Positions 42,619-55,593 of a stretch of 64,000 nucleotides of DNA are shown one piece after another. The DNA comes from Gammaproteobacteria bacterium (GTDB lineage Bacteria > Pseudomonadota > Gammaproteobacteria > Eutrophobiales > Eutrophobiaceae). The translations under genes were made by a program, and so were the position numbers. Below the pieces are notes generated by a model, which was not told the origin of the DNA, searched no databases, and worked only from the letters and a program-made list of their open reading frames with translations. The stretch lies in the NCBI GenBank assembly GCA_965221695.1, contig OZ244905.1, positions 3,296,001 to 3,360,000 on the forward strand. Direction: 5' to 3'. The number at the start of each line of letters is the position of its first letter. Position 1 is the stretch's first letter.

Positions 42619-43974
42619 ATGAATCTGTATATCCTCGGCATCTGCGGCACGTTCATGGGTGGTATCGCCCGTCTTGCGCAACAGCTTGGTCACCAGGTTG
42701 CGGGAAGTGATCAGAACGTTTATCCCCCCATGAGCGAGGAGTTGGCAAACGCAGGTATCGAGGTACGGCAGGGTTATGATCCGGACACTCTTGAGCCCCG
42801 GCCAGACCTGGTGATTATCGGCAATGCCCTGTCTCGCGGCAACAAGCTCGTGGAGCGCGTGCTGTCGGAGAAAATACCCTATATTTCCGGACCACAGTGG
42901 CTGGCGCAGAATGTGTTGCCGGGACGCATGGTTTATGCGGTGTCCGGCGTCCACGGCAAAACCACGACGGCAAGCATACTGGCCTGGCTGCTGCATGACT
43001 CGGGGCTGGAACCCGGATTTCTCATCGGTGGCGTGCCGGAAAATTTCGGCTGTTCAGCGTCCCTGGGCGGTTCGGATTTATTCGTGGTCGAAGCCGATGA
43101 ATATGACACGGCTTTTTTCGATAAACGTTCAAAATTTATCCACTATCATCCGGATACGTTGATCATCAACAACCTGGAATACGATCATGCGGATATATTC
43201 GACAGCATAGAAGAGATTCAAAAGCAGTTCCACCACCTTATCCGAACTGTGCCGGGCAACGGGCGGATTATTGCCAGGGGCGGCAGTCCGCATATTGATA
43301 AGATGCTGGAACTGGGATGCTGGTCGCCGGTGGTCCACTTTGGGGACCCATCCTGTGCCTGGCAAACCCGGCCGCTATGCCGTGATTACTCTGAATTTCA
43401 GGTCATTCACGATGATCGCGTGGTGGGTCAGGCACACTGGTCCTTATACGGCAAACATAATGCGGACAATGCGCTGGCGGCGTTGCTGGCGGCGCGCCAG
43501 GCTGGTATCCTTACACAACAGGCTTGCGCAAGCCTGTCCGGCTTCAGTAATGTAAAACGGCGCCTGCAATTTCTGGCGGAAGTCAACGGCATTTCGGTAT
43601 ATGATGATTTTGCGCATCATCCGACGGCCATAGGCTGCGCGCTGCAGGCGTTGAGAGATCGCATTGGAGATCAGCGTCTCGTTGCCGTGTTGGAATTGCG
43701 TTCAAATACGATGAAAAACGGAACCCATCAACACACCCTTGCTGCCGCTCTTACCGGTGCGGACCTGGTCTGCGTGCTTGAACCACCCGGGCTCCACTGG
43801 GACCTGAGAGCATGCCTAAGCGAATTAGGCAGCAGGGTATCGCTGTTGCCTGCCGTGGCCGATATCGTGGAGCAACTAGGCCAGAACGCGCAGCCCGGGG
43901 ACCATATCCTGATCATGAGCAACGGCGGTTTTGATAACATTTACCAGCGTTTGATTGAGAGGTTGTCGGAGTGA
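42619..43974 (+). CDS. mpl: Murein peptide ligase
   Basis: ILGICGTFMGG, HGKTTT, EADEYDTAFFDKRSKF, DDFAHHPTAI. Confidence 0.97.
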   Translation: MNLYILGICGTFMGGIARLAQQLGHQVAGSDQNVYPPMSEELANAGIEVRQGYDPDTLEPRPDLVIIGNALSRGNKLVERVLSEKIPYISGPQWLAQNVLPGRMVYAVSGVHGKTTTASILAWLLHDSGLEPGFLIGGVPENFGCSASLGGSDLFVVEADEYDTAFFDKRSKFIHYHPDTLIINNLEYDHADIFDSIEEIQKQFHHLIRTVPGNGRIIARGGSPHIDKMLELGCWSPVVHFGDPSCAWQTRPLCRDYSEFQVIHDDRVVGQAHWSLYGKHNADNALAALLAARQAGILTQQACASLSGFSNVKRRLQFLAEVNGISVYDDFAHHPTAIGCALQALRDRIGDQRLVAVLELRSNTMKNGTHQHTLAAALTGADLVCVLEPPGLHWDLRACLSELGSRVSLLPAVADIVEQLGQNAQPGDHILIMSNGGFDNIYQRLIERLSE

Positions 43975-44582
43975 TGCTGAACATTCCCCTGTTTCCGTTG
44001 CACACGGTATTATTCCCGCACGGACGCCTGCCTTTGCGGATATTCGAACCTCGTTACCTGGACATGGTGAGCGAATGCATGAAGACCAATACAGGATTTG
44101 GCGTTTGCCTGATCAAGGAGGGGAGTGAAACGGGCGCTGCAGCCAATTGTTTCGATATCGGCGCTTATGCGGAAATAATCGATTTTTCAAGCCAAGAAAA
44201 CGGGTTATTAACTATCACCATTGAGGGTAAAAGACGTTTCAGGGTTCTGAAATCGCAAGTCCGGGCCAATAACCTGCTTACCGGAGACATCGACTGGGTC
44301 GACTCAGAGGCGGACGGTAAAAGCCTGCCGGGATTCGAGCCGCTCAAGGATCTGTACCTGCATTTCGTCAACAATTTTGAGACCTTGTATTCCGATGAAG
44401 ACCATGAGATGGTGAGCCCGGTGTTGCTGAGTTACCGGCTCGCGGAATTTTTGCCGCTTGACAATAGCCTCAGGCAGGAAATCCTGGAAACAGATGCAGT
44501 GAGGAACAGGTTAGAGCAAATCAAGACATACCTGGCCAAAATGGAAACCCAATTCGAAGCCGACAGTTCCGGCGCGCAATAA
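43971..44582 (+). CDS. LON peptidase substrate-binding domain protein
   Basis: IPLFPLHTVLFP, LPLRIFEPRYLDMV. Confidence 0.9.
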   Translation: MMLNIPLFPLHTVLFPHGRLPLRIFEPRYLDMVSECMKTNTGFGVCLIKEGSETGAAANCFDIGAYAEIIDFSSQENGLLTITIEGKRRFRVLKSQVRANNLLTGDIDWVDSEADGKSLPGFEPLKDLYLHFVNNFETLYSDEDHEMVSPVLLSYRLAEFLPLDNSLRQEILETDAVRNRLEQIKTYLAKMETQFEADSSGAQ

Positions 44583-44594
44583 TCGGACTGACGT

Positions 44595-45218
44595 TTGGTT
44601 TATCCGGATCTGACCCGAGCTTTGTCGCCGGCCACAATCAGCTTGGTCGGACTGACTCCGTTGCTGGCAGTTTCTGTGACTCTGATTACCGGCTTATCCA
44701 TGGGGCTTGTTTACCTTGCTGTGCTGAGCCTGACCAGCGTCACCGTATACTGCATCAGGCGCTTTATCCCCACGGACCTGGGTCTCATCTGTTTGCTGCT
44801 TGTCTCGGCGGCCTGGGTTTCAATCATCGATGTATTGATGCAAGCCTGTTGCTATGCGCTCCGAACGCGGCTGGATATCTATCTTTACCTGCTGGCAATG
44901 AACACCACACTTTTGTTTTATCTTGAAGCGTTCCCGTTACGGAAAAACCTCAGGGACTGTACCGCGGCCGGCTTGAGCGCGGCGCTGACCGGTGTTGCGT
45001 TGCTCGCAGTAATCGGCTTGTTGCGTGAACTGGCCGCGACAGGCGGAATTCTGACAGATAGCCGCTTGTTCTCGCACCTCGAACAACTGGAATCCTTGCA
45101 ACCCGCGTACTTTTTCAGCGGAGGAGCGCCGATATTTCAGACCAGCGCAGGCGCCTTGATCATTTTCGGGGTGGTATTGGTTATAATCGCATATTCCCGG
45201 GCGCGGGCCGCGCGCTGA
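44595..45218 (+). CDS. Divergent Rnf/Rsx subunit E-like membrane protein
   Basis: GLTPLLAVS, IGLLREL, GALIIFG; upstream of nth as in rsxE-nth. Confidence 0.75.
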   Translation: MVYPDLTRALSPATISLVGLTPLLAVSVTLITGLSMGLVYLAVLSLTSVTVYCIRRFIPTDLGLICLLLVSAAWVSIIDVLMQACCYALRTRLDIYLYLLAMNTTLLFYLEAFPLRKNLRDCTAAGLSAALTGVALLAVIGLLRELAATGGILTDSRLFSHLEQLESLQPAYFFSGGAPIFQTSAGALIIFGVVLVIIAYSRARAAR

Positions 45219-45225
45219 CAAATCG

Positions 45226-45873
45226 TTGAACAAAACTAAGCGCACGCAGATATTCTCACTGTTACGGCAGCGCAATCCTGCGCCGACGACGGAGCTGCGC
45301 TATGCCAACCCGTTCGAGTTGCTGGTTTCGGTGATATTGTCGGCACAAGCCACGGATGTCAGCGTCAACAAGGCCACAGCAAAACTGTTTGCAGTGGCCA
45401 ACACGCCGGAGCAACTGATCGGCCTGGGCGTTGAGGGATTGAAGCGATATATCAAATCTATTGGTCTGTACAATACAAAAGCCGAAAATATCATTAAAAG
45501 CTGCCATATCCTGGCGCGCGACCACGCCGGGGTCGTGCCTGCTGACCGTGAAGCGCTGGAAAAACTGCCGGGAGTGGGCAGGAAAACAGCCAACGTGATT
45601 CTCAATACCGCGTTCGATCAGCCTACCATTGCTGTGGACACCCACATCTTCCGGGTCTCCAATCGCACTGGCCTGGCGCCGGGAAAAGATGTCCTGGAAG
45701 TCGAACAGCGGTTACTGAAATTCGTTCCCGAAGAGTATAAAAAAGACGCGCACCACTGGCTCATCCTGCATGGCCGCTATACATGCGTCGCGCGCAAGCC
45801 TAGATGCGATGCGTGTATAATTTACGAACTGTGTGAGTGGAAACAGAGAAAGTCGTTCAGGGCGCCGGAGTAG
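45226..45873 (+). CDS. nth: Endonuclease III
   Basis: LSAQATD, HhH LPGVGRKTANV, VDTHIFRV, 4Fe-4S Cys cluster. Confidence 0.97.
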   Translation: MNKTKRTQIFSLLRQRNPAPTTELRYANPFELLVSVILSAQATDVSVNKATAKLFAVANTPEQLIGLGVEGLKRYIKSIGLYNTKAENIIKSCHILARDHAGVVPADREALEKLPGVGRKTANVILNTAFDQPTIAVDTHIFRVSNRTGLAPGKDVLEVEQRLLKFVPEEYKKDAHHWLILHGRYTCVARKPRCDACIIYELCEWKQRKSFRAPE

Positions 45874-45962
45874 GGCGATCACCTCTCCGGCTGATCAATA
45901 TTCATCCAAAATGAGTTGCTCTCCGTTTTCATGGGAGCAGGCTCTGTGGAGAGAACAGTATT

Positions 45963-47360
45963 ATGGTAAAAAAACTTCGAGTTTACGCATTACGCTCCGA
46001 TGCAACCTCCTGGTTGTCCCTGTTATTTGTAAGCGCCCTGACCTGCGTATTATGTTTTGCTGCGCGCGCCGCTGATTATCATAAACCGCCTGAGTTTTCG
46101 GTTCCTGAAGGAACAACCATTATTCATGCCGGGGCTTTGCTGGCTGTGCCCGGCGACCCGCCGGTCATGGAGCAGAGTGTTATTATCAAGGCCGGCAAGG
46201 TGGTTGATATTCACGCCGGTTACATGCCGGCGGACAGCATCGACTCCGACGCTGCAATTCGTGTTATAGATCTGTCAGATCAATTCGTGATGCCGGGTTT
46301 TATTGACTTGCACGTGCACCTGAGTTCACAGGCCGGTGGCGCCAACAAGTTGCAACGGGTGACCTATAGTGACGCCGACTATGCATTGAATGCGGCGATG
46401 CATGCTCGCAGGACACTGCTGGCGGGCTTTACCACGGTGCGCGATCTGGGATCACGCGGCAGGGCCGTATTTGCTTTGCGCGATGCTGTCAAAGCAGGGA
46501 AAGTCGCCGGGCCGAAAATCCTGGTATCCGGCGATCCCATTGCCGCAACAGGCGGTCATGGCGACGGTCATGGTTTCCGCCAGGAGGTGCTCGATGCGTT
46601 GCCCCGCGCCGGCATCTGCGACGGACCCGACTCGTGCCGGGCTGCGGTAAGGCGAATGGTAAAACGCGGCGCTGACGTCATCAAGGTTACTGCAACCGGC
46701 GGCGTATTAAGTGAGACTGCGGCCGGGGTGGGACAGCAACTGACCGATGCCGAATTGAAAGCTATCGTGGAAACTGCCCACGGCTTGGGACGCAAGGTCA
46801 CTGCCCATGCCCATGCCAAGGAAGGCATTGAAGCCGCATTAAGAGCAGGTTTTGATTCGATCGAACATGCGATGTGGGCGGACGCGGGCACTATGGAGCT
46901 GTTCAAAGAAACAGGGGCGTGGCTGATCCCGACGGTGTATCCGATCACCGCAGTAGGCGATACCCCGGAGAAAATGAAACAAGGCCCATTCAAAGACATG
47001 CCTGCCCCGATAATGGAAAAATTGCTGGCGCTGGGCAGACAGCCCAAAGACATGACTGCGCTGGCTCATAAAATGGGGGTTAACATTGCGTTGGGAACAG
47101 ATTCCGCCGTTTCTCCGCATGGGGAAAATGCGAATGAGTTTATCGAATACGTCAATATCGGCATGTCCGAGATGGAAGCGCTGGTGGCCGGCACGATCAA
47201 TGCCGCAAGAGCTGCGGGTATAGACTCCACTGCAGGTTCTTTGGAGCCGGGCAAGGCAGCGGATATTGTGGCCATGCGAGGCAACCCCCTTGATGACATC
47301 AAAGCTGTTTTGGATGTGACATTTGTTATGCGCGATGGCGTAATCTTCAAACAACAATGA
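45963..47360 (+). CDS. Exported metal-dependent amidohydrolase (Xaa-Pro dipeptidase-like)
   Basis: Signal peptide, PGFIDLHVH, AGFTTVRD, IKVTATGG, AHAH, SIEH, LGTD. Confidence 0.88.
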   Translation: MVKKLRVYALRSDATSWLSLLFVSALTCVLCFAARAADYHKPPEFSVPEGTTIIHAGALLAVPGDPPVMEQSVIIKAGKVVDIHAGYMPADSIDSDAAIRVIDLSDQFVMPGFIDLHVHLSSQAGGANKLQRVTYSDADYALNAAMHARRTLLAGFTTVRDLGSRGRAVFALRDAVKAGKVAGPKILVSGDPIAATGGHGDGHGFRQEVLDALPRAGICDGPDSCRAAVRRMVKRGADVIKVTATGGVLSETAAGVGQQLTDAELKAIVETAHGLGRKVTAHAHAKEGIEAALRAGFDSIEHAMWADAGTMELFKETGAWLIPTVYPITAVGDTPEKMKQGPFKDMPAPIMEKLLALGRQPKDMTALAHKMGVNIALGTDSAVSPHGENANEFIEYVNIGMSEMEALVAGTINAARAAGIDSTAGSLEPGKAADIVAMRGNPLDDIKAVLDVTFVMRDGVIFKQQ

Positions 47361-47392
47361 ACCTTCATTAACAGCACAATCCGGATCAGAAC

Positions 47393-48739
47393 ATGCGCAA
47401 GTTCATAACGATTTCTACCATCTTTTTCCTCCTCTCAACCAATGTCTTTGGCAAAGATCTGATCATTGAAGAGGTTGTTCTGATAGACGGCGTTGGCCGG
47501 CAACCAGTGGAACAAGCGAGCGTACTGATTCAAGAGGATACTATCAGTGAAATCATCCGGGGGAATTTCAGCGCTCCCAGGCGCGAACAGGCCCGCGTGA
47601 TTGATGGCAAAGGTAAATTCCTGATCCCCGGGCTAATGGATATTCATATTCACCTGGCGGGCAGTATCAAGGTGACCAAAGATGGTCTGCGCGAGGTGGA
47701 ACTGGATCGGCAAAAAGGGATTAGGGCGCTGCATGGATACCTTTACAGCGGTGTGACTTCACTTTATGACTCCGGCAATGTTCCCGACTATATTCTGAGC
47801 CTGAGGGAGCAGGAACGATCCGGCGCCATCACCAGCCCGCGTATCTTTGCCACAGGGGGTATTGTGACTTACCCCGGGAGTCACGGCAGTGGGCCGGGCG
47901 CGACTCTTGTGGATGACTGGCCGGCTGCGCGGCCGCAGTTGGACGAGCATATCAAACGCCGGCCCGATATATTGAAGCTGACCCTGGAAGAAAGGGGTTG
48001 GGGAGCGCGACCCTTGATTCCCAAGCTGCCCCTGCCGTTAATGGAGCGCATCATCGAGTACTACAACGATCACGGTATCCGCGCCACCGCGCACACGCCC
48101 AGCGAGCTCCGGGCAAGACAGGCCATATTTGCCGGCATAGACGCGTTGTCCCACCCGGTAATTGTCGGTCCTATTACCGATGAGTTTGCAAAACTCATGG
48201 GCGCAAAGAAAATTCCGATGGCTACCACACTGACTATAGGGGAAAACTACAGCCGCTTGGCGGAATATCCCGAGTATCTGGACCAGCCGCTCTACCAGGC
48301 GACGCTTACAGAAGAAGAAATCACACAATTGAAAACAGAAACCCGGCAGGCATACCAGGACCGCACCTGGACCTGGTGGATGAAGCTGATGACGCCCATC
48401 GCCCAGGAAAACCTGCGTAAAATTCATGCTGCCGGCGGCATATTGGCGCTGGGAACCGACCAGACCATCGGTCCGGCCGCGCACCGCGAAATGGAACTTT
48501 TGGCTGCGGCCGGTATACCCGCGCCGGATATCATCCGCATAGCCACGCTGAACGCAGCAAAATTCCTGGGTATGGAAGAGAAGTTGGGATCGATTGAGGA
48601 AGGCAAACTCGCCGACCTGGTATTGCTGAACGCCAACCCGCTGGAAGATATCGATAACGCCAAAAACATCGACATGGTCATCAAAAACGGCCGGATTATC
48701 GACAGGGAAAAACTGGATTTGCCGATTAATAATCGATAA
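47393..48739 (+). CDS. Exported amidohydrolase family protein
   Basis: Signal peptide, PGLMDIHIH, LGTD, GKLADLVLL. Confidence 0.85.
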   Translation: MRKFITISTIFFLLSTNVFGKDLIIEEVVLIDGVGRQPVEQASVLIQEDTISEIIRGNFSAPRREQARVIDGKGKFLIPGLMDIHIHLAGSIKVTKDGLREVELDRQKGIRALHGYLYSGVTSLYDSGNVPDYILSLREQERSGAITSPRIFATGGIVTYPGSHGSGPGATLVDDWPAARPQLDEHIKRRPDILKLTLEERGWGARPLIPKLPLPLMERIIEYYNDHGIRATAHTPSELRARQAIFAGIDALSHPVIVGPITDEFAKLMGAKKIPMATTLTIGENYSRLAEYPEYLDQPLYQATLTEEEITQLKTETRQAYQDRTWTWWMKLMTPIAQENLRKIHAAGGILALGTDQTIGPAAHREMELLAAAGIPAPDIIRIATLNAAKFLGMEEKLGSIEEGKLADLVLLNANPLEDIDNAKNIDMVIKNGRIIDREKLDLPINNR

Positions 48740-48811
48740 CGCGGCTGTTTCTCCAGAGTCTCCTCAATAATTTATCCTGTACATATTTGAGTAGAGAACA
48801 TTTGCCACAAT

Positions 48812-48832
48812 AAATGTTATGTTGTAACATGT
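48812..48832. promoter_or_regulatory. Zur box
   Basis: AAATGTTATGTTGTAACATGT resembles the proteobacterial Zur palindrome AAATGTTATA-N-TATAACATTT. Confidence 0.7.
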
Positions 48833-48958
48833 CATTTATTGTGGCTGTTCGGCTGTCACTCTATTATGGAACCTCTATATTGAGTTAGAGTTTTTCTTGA
48901 TTTCACGACTGTTAAAATGAAGTATCCCCGAACCGCTGTTTGAGGTAAGAAACATAAA

Positions 48959-49357
48959 ATGTTCACGGACAAAATAGCCATCAGCCTGTCTTTGCTTTGT
49001 GTGATCCATTGCCTGGCTTCTCCTTTGATCATTGTGATGCTGCCGAGCCTGATGGCATTGCAGTTCGATGATGAAGCTTTTCATCTGTGGATGGTACTGG
49101 CTGTGATACCCACGAGTGTCTACGCATTGACCATGGGCTGCAAACAGCACAAGCGCTATCGATTGCTTGCCGTGGGTTTATTTGGCTTGTTTTTTTTACT
49201 GTTAGCCGTCCTTATAGGTGAAAGTATTATTGACGAATTCTGGGAAAAGGCGTTCACCGTTATCGGCGCCGCCACTATTGCCCTGGGCCATTATTGGAAT
49301 TACCACTTGTGCCGGCAAAAGGACTATTGTGTTTGTCCGGAACAACCCGTTGGATAA
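48959..49357 (+). CDS. MerC domain-containing membrane protein
   Basis: DKIAISLSLLCVIHCLASP, four TM helices, HYWN and Cys-rich tail. Confidence 0.85.
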   Translation: MFTDKIAISLSLLCVIHCLASPLIIVMLPSLMALQFDDEAFHLWMVLAVIPTSVYALTMGCKQHKRYRLLAVGLFGLFFLLLAVLIGESIIDEFWEKAFTVIGAATIALGHYWNYHLCRQKDYCVCPEQPVG

Positions 49358-49370
49358 GCGCCCGATGACC

Positions 49371-49595
49371 ATGCTGGCTAAACTCACTTCTAAAAATCAG
49401 TTAACACTACCAAAAAAAGTGATATCCGAGTTTGAAGATACAGAGTACTTTGATGTGACCGAGGAACAGGGTCGTATAATACTGACGCCTGTTCGGTTTA
49501 ACCGCGCCGACTCGACAAGAAAAAAGTTAGCCGAGCTAGGGATATCTCAGGCAGATATCGCTGATGCCGTCAGTTGGGCGCGGCGCGGTGAATAA
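49371..49595 (+). CDS. AbrB/MazE-type antitoxin
   Basis: MLAKLTSKNQLTLPK...GRIILTP; overlaps the PIN fragment. Confidence 0.85.
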   Translation: MLAKLTSKNQLTLPKKVISEFEDTEYFDVTEEQGRIILTPVRFNRADSTRKKLAELGISQADIADAVSWARRGE

Positions 49596-49737
49596 AACGC
49601 CTCGTGTCGTCCTTGATACTAATGTGCTGGTTTCAGCGCTGTTATTTCAGAAAGGCAGACTGAATTGGCGCCAGATTTTTCCATTCCTATTCTTACACCG
49701 AGCGCATTTCGAGATAGCTAACAGCCAAGCCATTTAA
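49588..49737 (+). pseudogene. PIN-domain toxin, internally deleted
   Basis: N-terminus RVVLDTNVLVSALLF is directly followed, in a shifted frame, by PIN-like C-terminus IPILTPSAF* (49665-49721). Confidence 0.78.
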
Positions 49738-49758
49738 ACCTGCGCGCACATGTGCTAG

Positions 49759-51492
<1,734 letters not shown>

Positions 51493-51494
51493 AC

Positions 51495-53960
<2,466 letters not shown>

Positions 53961-53964
<4 letters not shown>

Positions 53965-54677
53965 CACAACTGACGACGCCGGATTTTTGGGCTGTCATAC
54001 CGGCCGGGGGCGTGGGCCGGCGCATGAAAGCGGATAGACCCAAGCAATATCTCAAGCTATTGGGACGCACCGTGCTGGAACACAGCCTGATCCCGTTTTG
54101 CGATCATCCGTTGATCAAGGGTATTGTCGTGGTCGTGGCGGATGATGATGAGACCTGGCCGACCCTGGCGCTGGCCGGCCATGCCCGGATCACCAGGGCC
54201 GGAGCGGGTAGGGAACGCTGTCATTCCGTACTGAACGGTCTTAACCGACTTGCGAAATGTGCTTTGGACACTGATTGGGTACTGGTCCACGATGCGGCTC
54301 GCCCGTGTGTCACTGTGGCCGACATAGACCATCTAATTAACGGGGCTGGGCGCCATCCGGTGGGCGGCATCCTGGCCCTTCCGGTCAGAGATACGGTAAA
54401 ACAGGCAGGATCACAAGACGAGATTGAACTGACGCTGGACCGTAACCGGCTCTGGCGCGCGCTGACGCCGCAGATGTTCCGGCTGGGACCGTTGCGGGAA
54501 GCGATTACCGCCGCGTTAGGGGATAATGTTCTGGTCACGGACGAAGCCCAGGCTTTGGAGCGCAGCGGACGCCGACCGGCAATTGTACAAGGCGAACCGC
54601 ACAATATTAAGGTCTCTTTGACAGAGGATCTGGCGCTGGCGAAATTCTATCTGACTGCACAGGCGAAAAAACAATGA
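53961..54677 (+). CDS. ispD: MEP cytidylyltransferase
   Basis: PAGGVGRRM, PKQY, LVHDAARP, TPQMF. Confidence 0.96.
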
Positions 54678-55141
54678 GAATCGGTCACGGTTATGATTCC
54701 CACAGGTTCTTGGCAGGCCGCCCACTGGTGTTGGGCGGCGTCAACGTGCCTCACGACAAGGGTTTGCAGGCGCACTCAGACGGTGATGTCGTGATCCACG
54801 CGCTGTGCGATGCGCTGCTCGGCGCGGCCGCGCTGGGTGATATCGGCGCGCATTTCCCGGATACCAGTGGGGAATTCAAAAACATCGACAGCAGAGTCCT
54901 GCTGCGGCGCACGCGCGCGTTGCTGGCGCAGAAAAGACTTGAAGTGAACAATGCCGATATCACCATCATTGCGGAAGAGCCCAAAATGGCGCCCCACATC
55001 AGCGCGATGCGGAACAACCTGTGCGCCGACCTGTCCGTAGCCGCGGACGCGGTCAATATCAAAGCAACCACCAATGAGAAAATGGGCGCCATCGGCAACT
55101 GCGAAGGCATCGCAGTACACGCAGTAGTCGCGCTAAAATAA
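54674..55141 (+). CDS. ispF: MECDP synthase
   Basis: MRIGHGYDSH, HSDGDV, GDIGAHFPD, NIKATT. Confidence 0.97.
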   Translation: MRIGHGYDSHRFLAGRPLVLGGVNVPHDKGLQAHSDGDVVIHALCDALLGAAALGDIGAHFPDTSGEFKNIDSRVLLRRTRALLAQKRLEVNNADITIIAEEPKMAPHISAMRNNLCADLSVAADAVNIKATTNEKMGAIGNCEGIAVHAVVALK

Positions 55142-55160
55142 CCCAACACTATTCCACCAC

Positions 55161-55202
55161 CAGTAAGTATTGACACATCGCTTTTAGTATCTATACTTAC
55201 TG
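55161..55202 (+). promoter_or_regulatory. Sigma70-like promoter embedded in an inverted repeat
   Basis: TTGACA 55170-55175 and TATACT 55192-55197; arms CAGTAAGTAT / ATACTTACTG are a perfect 10-bp inverted repeat. Confidence 0.65.
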
Positions 55203-55207
55203 CATAT

Positions 55208-55495
55208 ATGCGCGTTGATCAAAAACGACTACTTGCCTGGCTGCTCGGCGCCCTGGTTATATTCGGGCAGACAGCCGCGCTTGCTCACGAGTTCGACCAT
55301 GATGTACTGACAGCGCATGAATATTGCGAGCAATGCCTGACACAGTCGGTGCTCAACGGCAACGCGCTTGTCGCTGCCAATACCTGCATTACTCCGCATT
55401 CTGACGGGGCGCCAGCCGTCCCGGTTCAAAACACTTATCATTCACACCATACATCCACTTTACACGCGCGTTCCCCCCCAGTATCTCTCACATAA
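55208..55495 (+). CDS. DUF2946/CruR-like leader protein with CxxC and C-terminal RSPP motif
   Basis: Signal/TM N-terminus, HEFDH...HEYCEQC, low-complexity linker, LHARSPP near the C-terminus; directly upstream of a TonB-dependent receptor. Confidence 0.8.
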   Translation: MRVDQKRLLAWLLGALVIFGQTAALAHEFDHDVLTAHEYCEQCLTQSVLNGNALVAANTCITPHSDGAPAVPVQNTYHSHHTSTLHARSPPVSLT

Positions 55496-55593
55496 CTGAT
55501 TAAGCTGTAGGTATGAATAGCGCCCGGCGCTGTTCCAAGGAAACTCCGGTTCAACCGGAGGCTCCGAATTTTCGTATATGTGGAGATATCCAG

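Noticed and set aside
49218-49370. Extended 125-aa version of the antitoxin ORF
   Set aside because: Overlaps the MerC-domain gene; the AbrB-like fold starts at 49365 or 49371.
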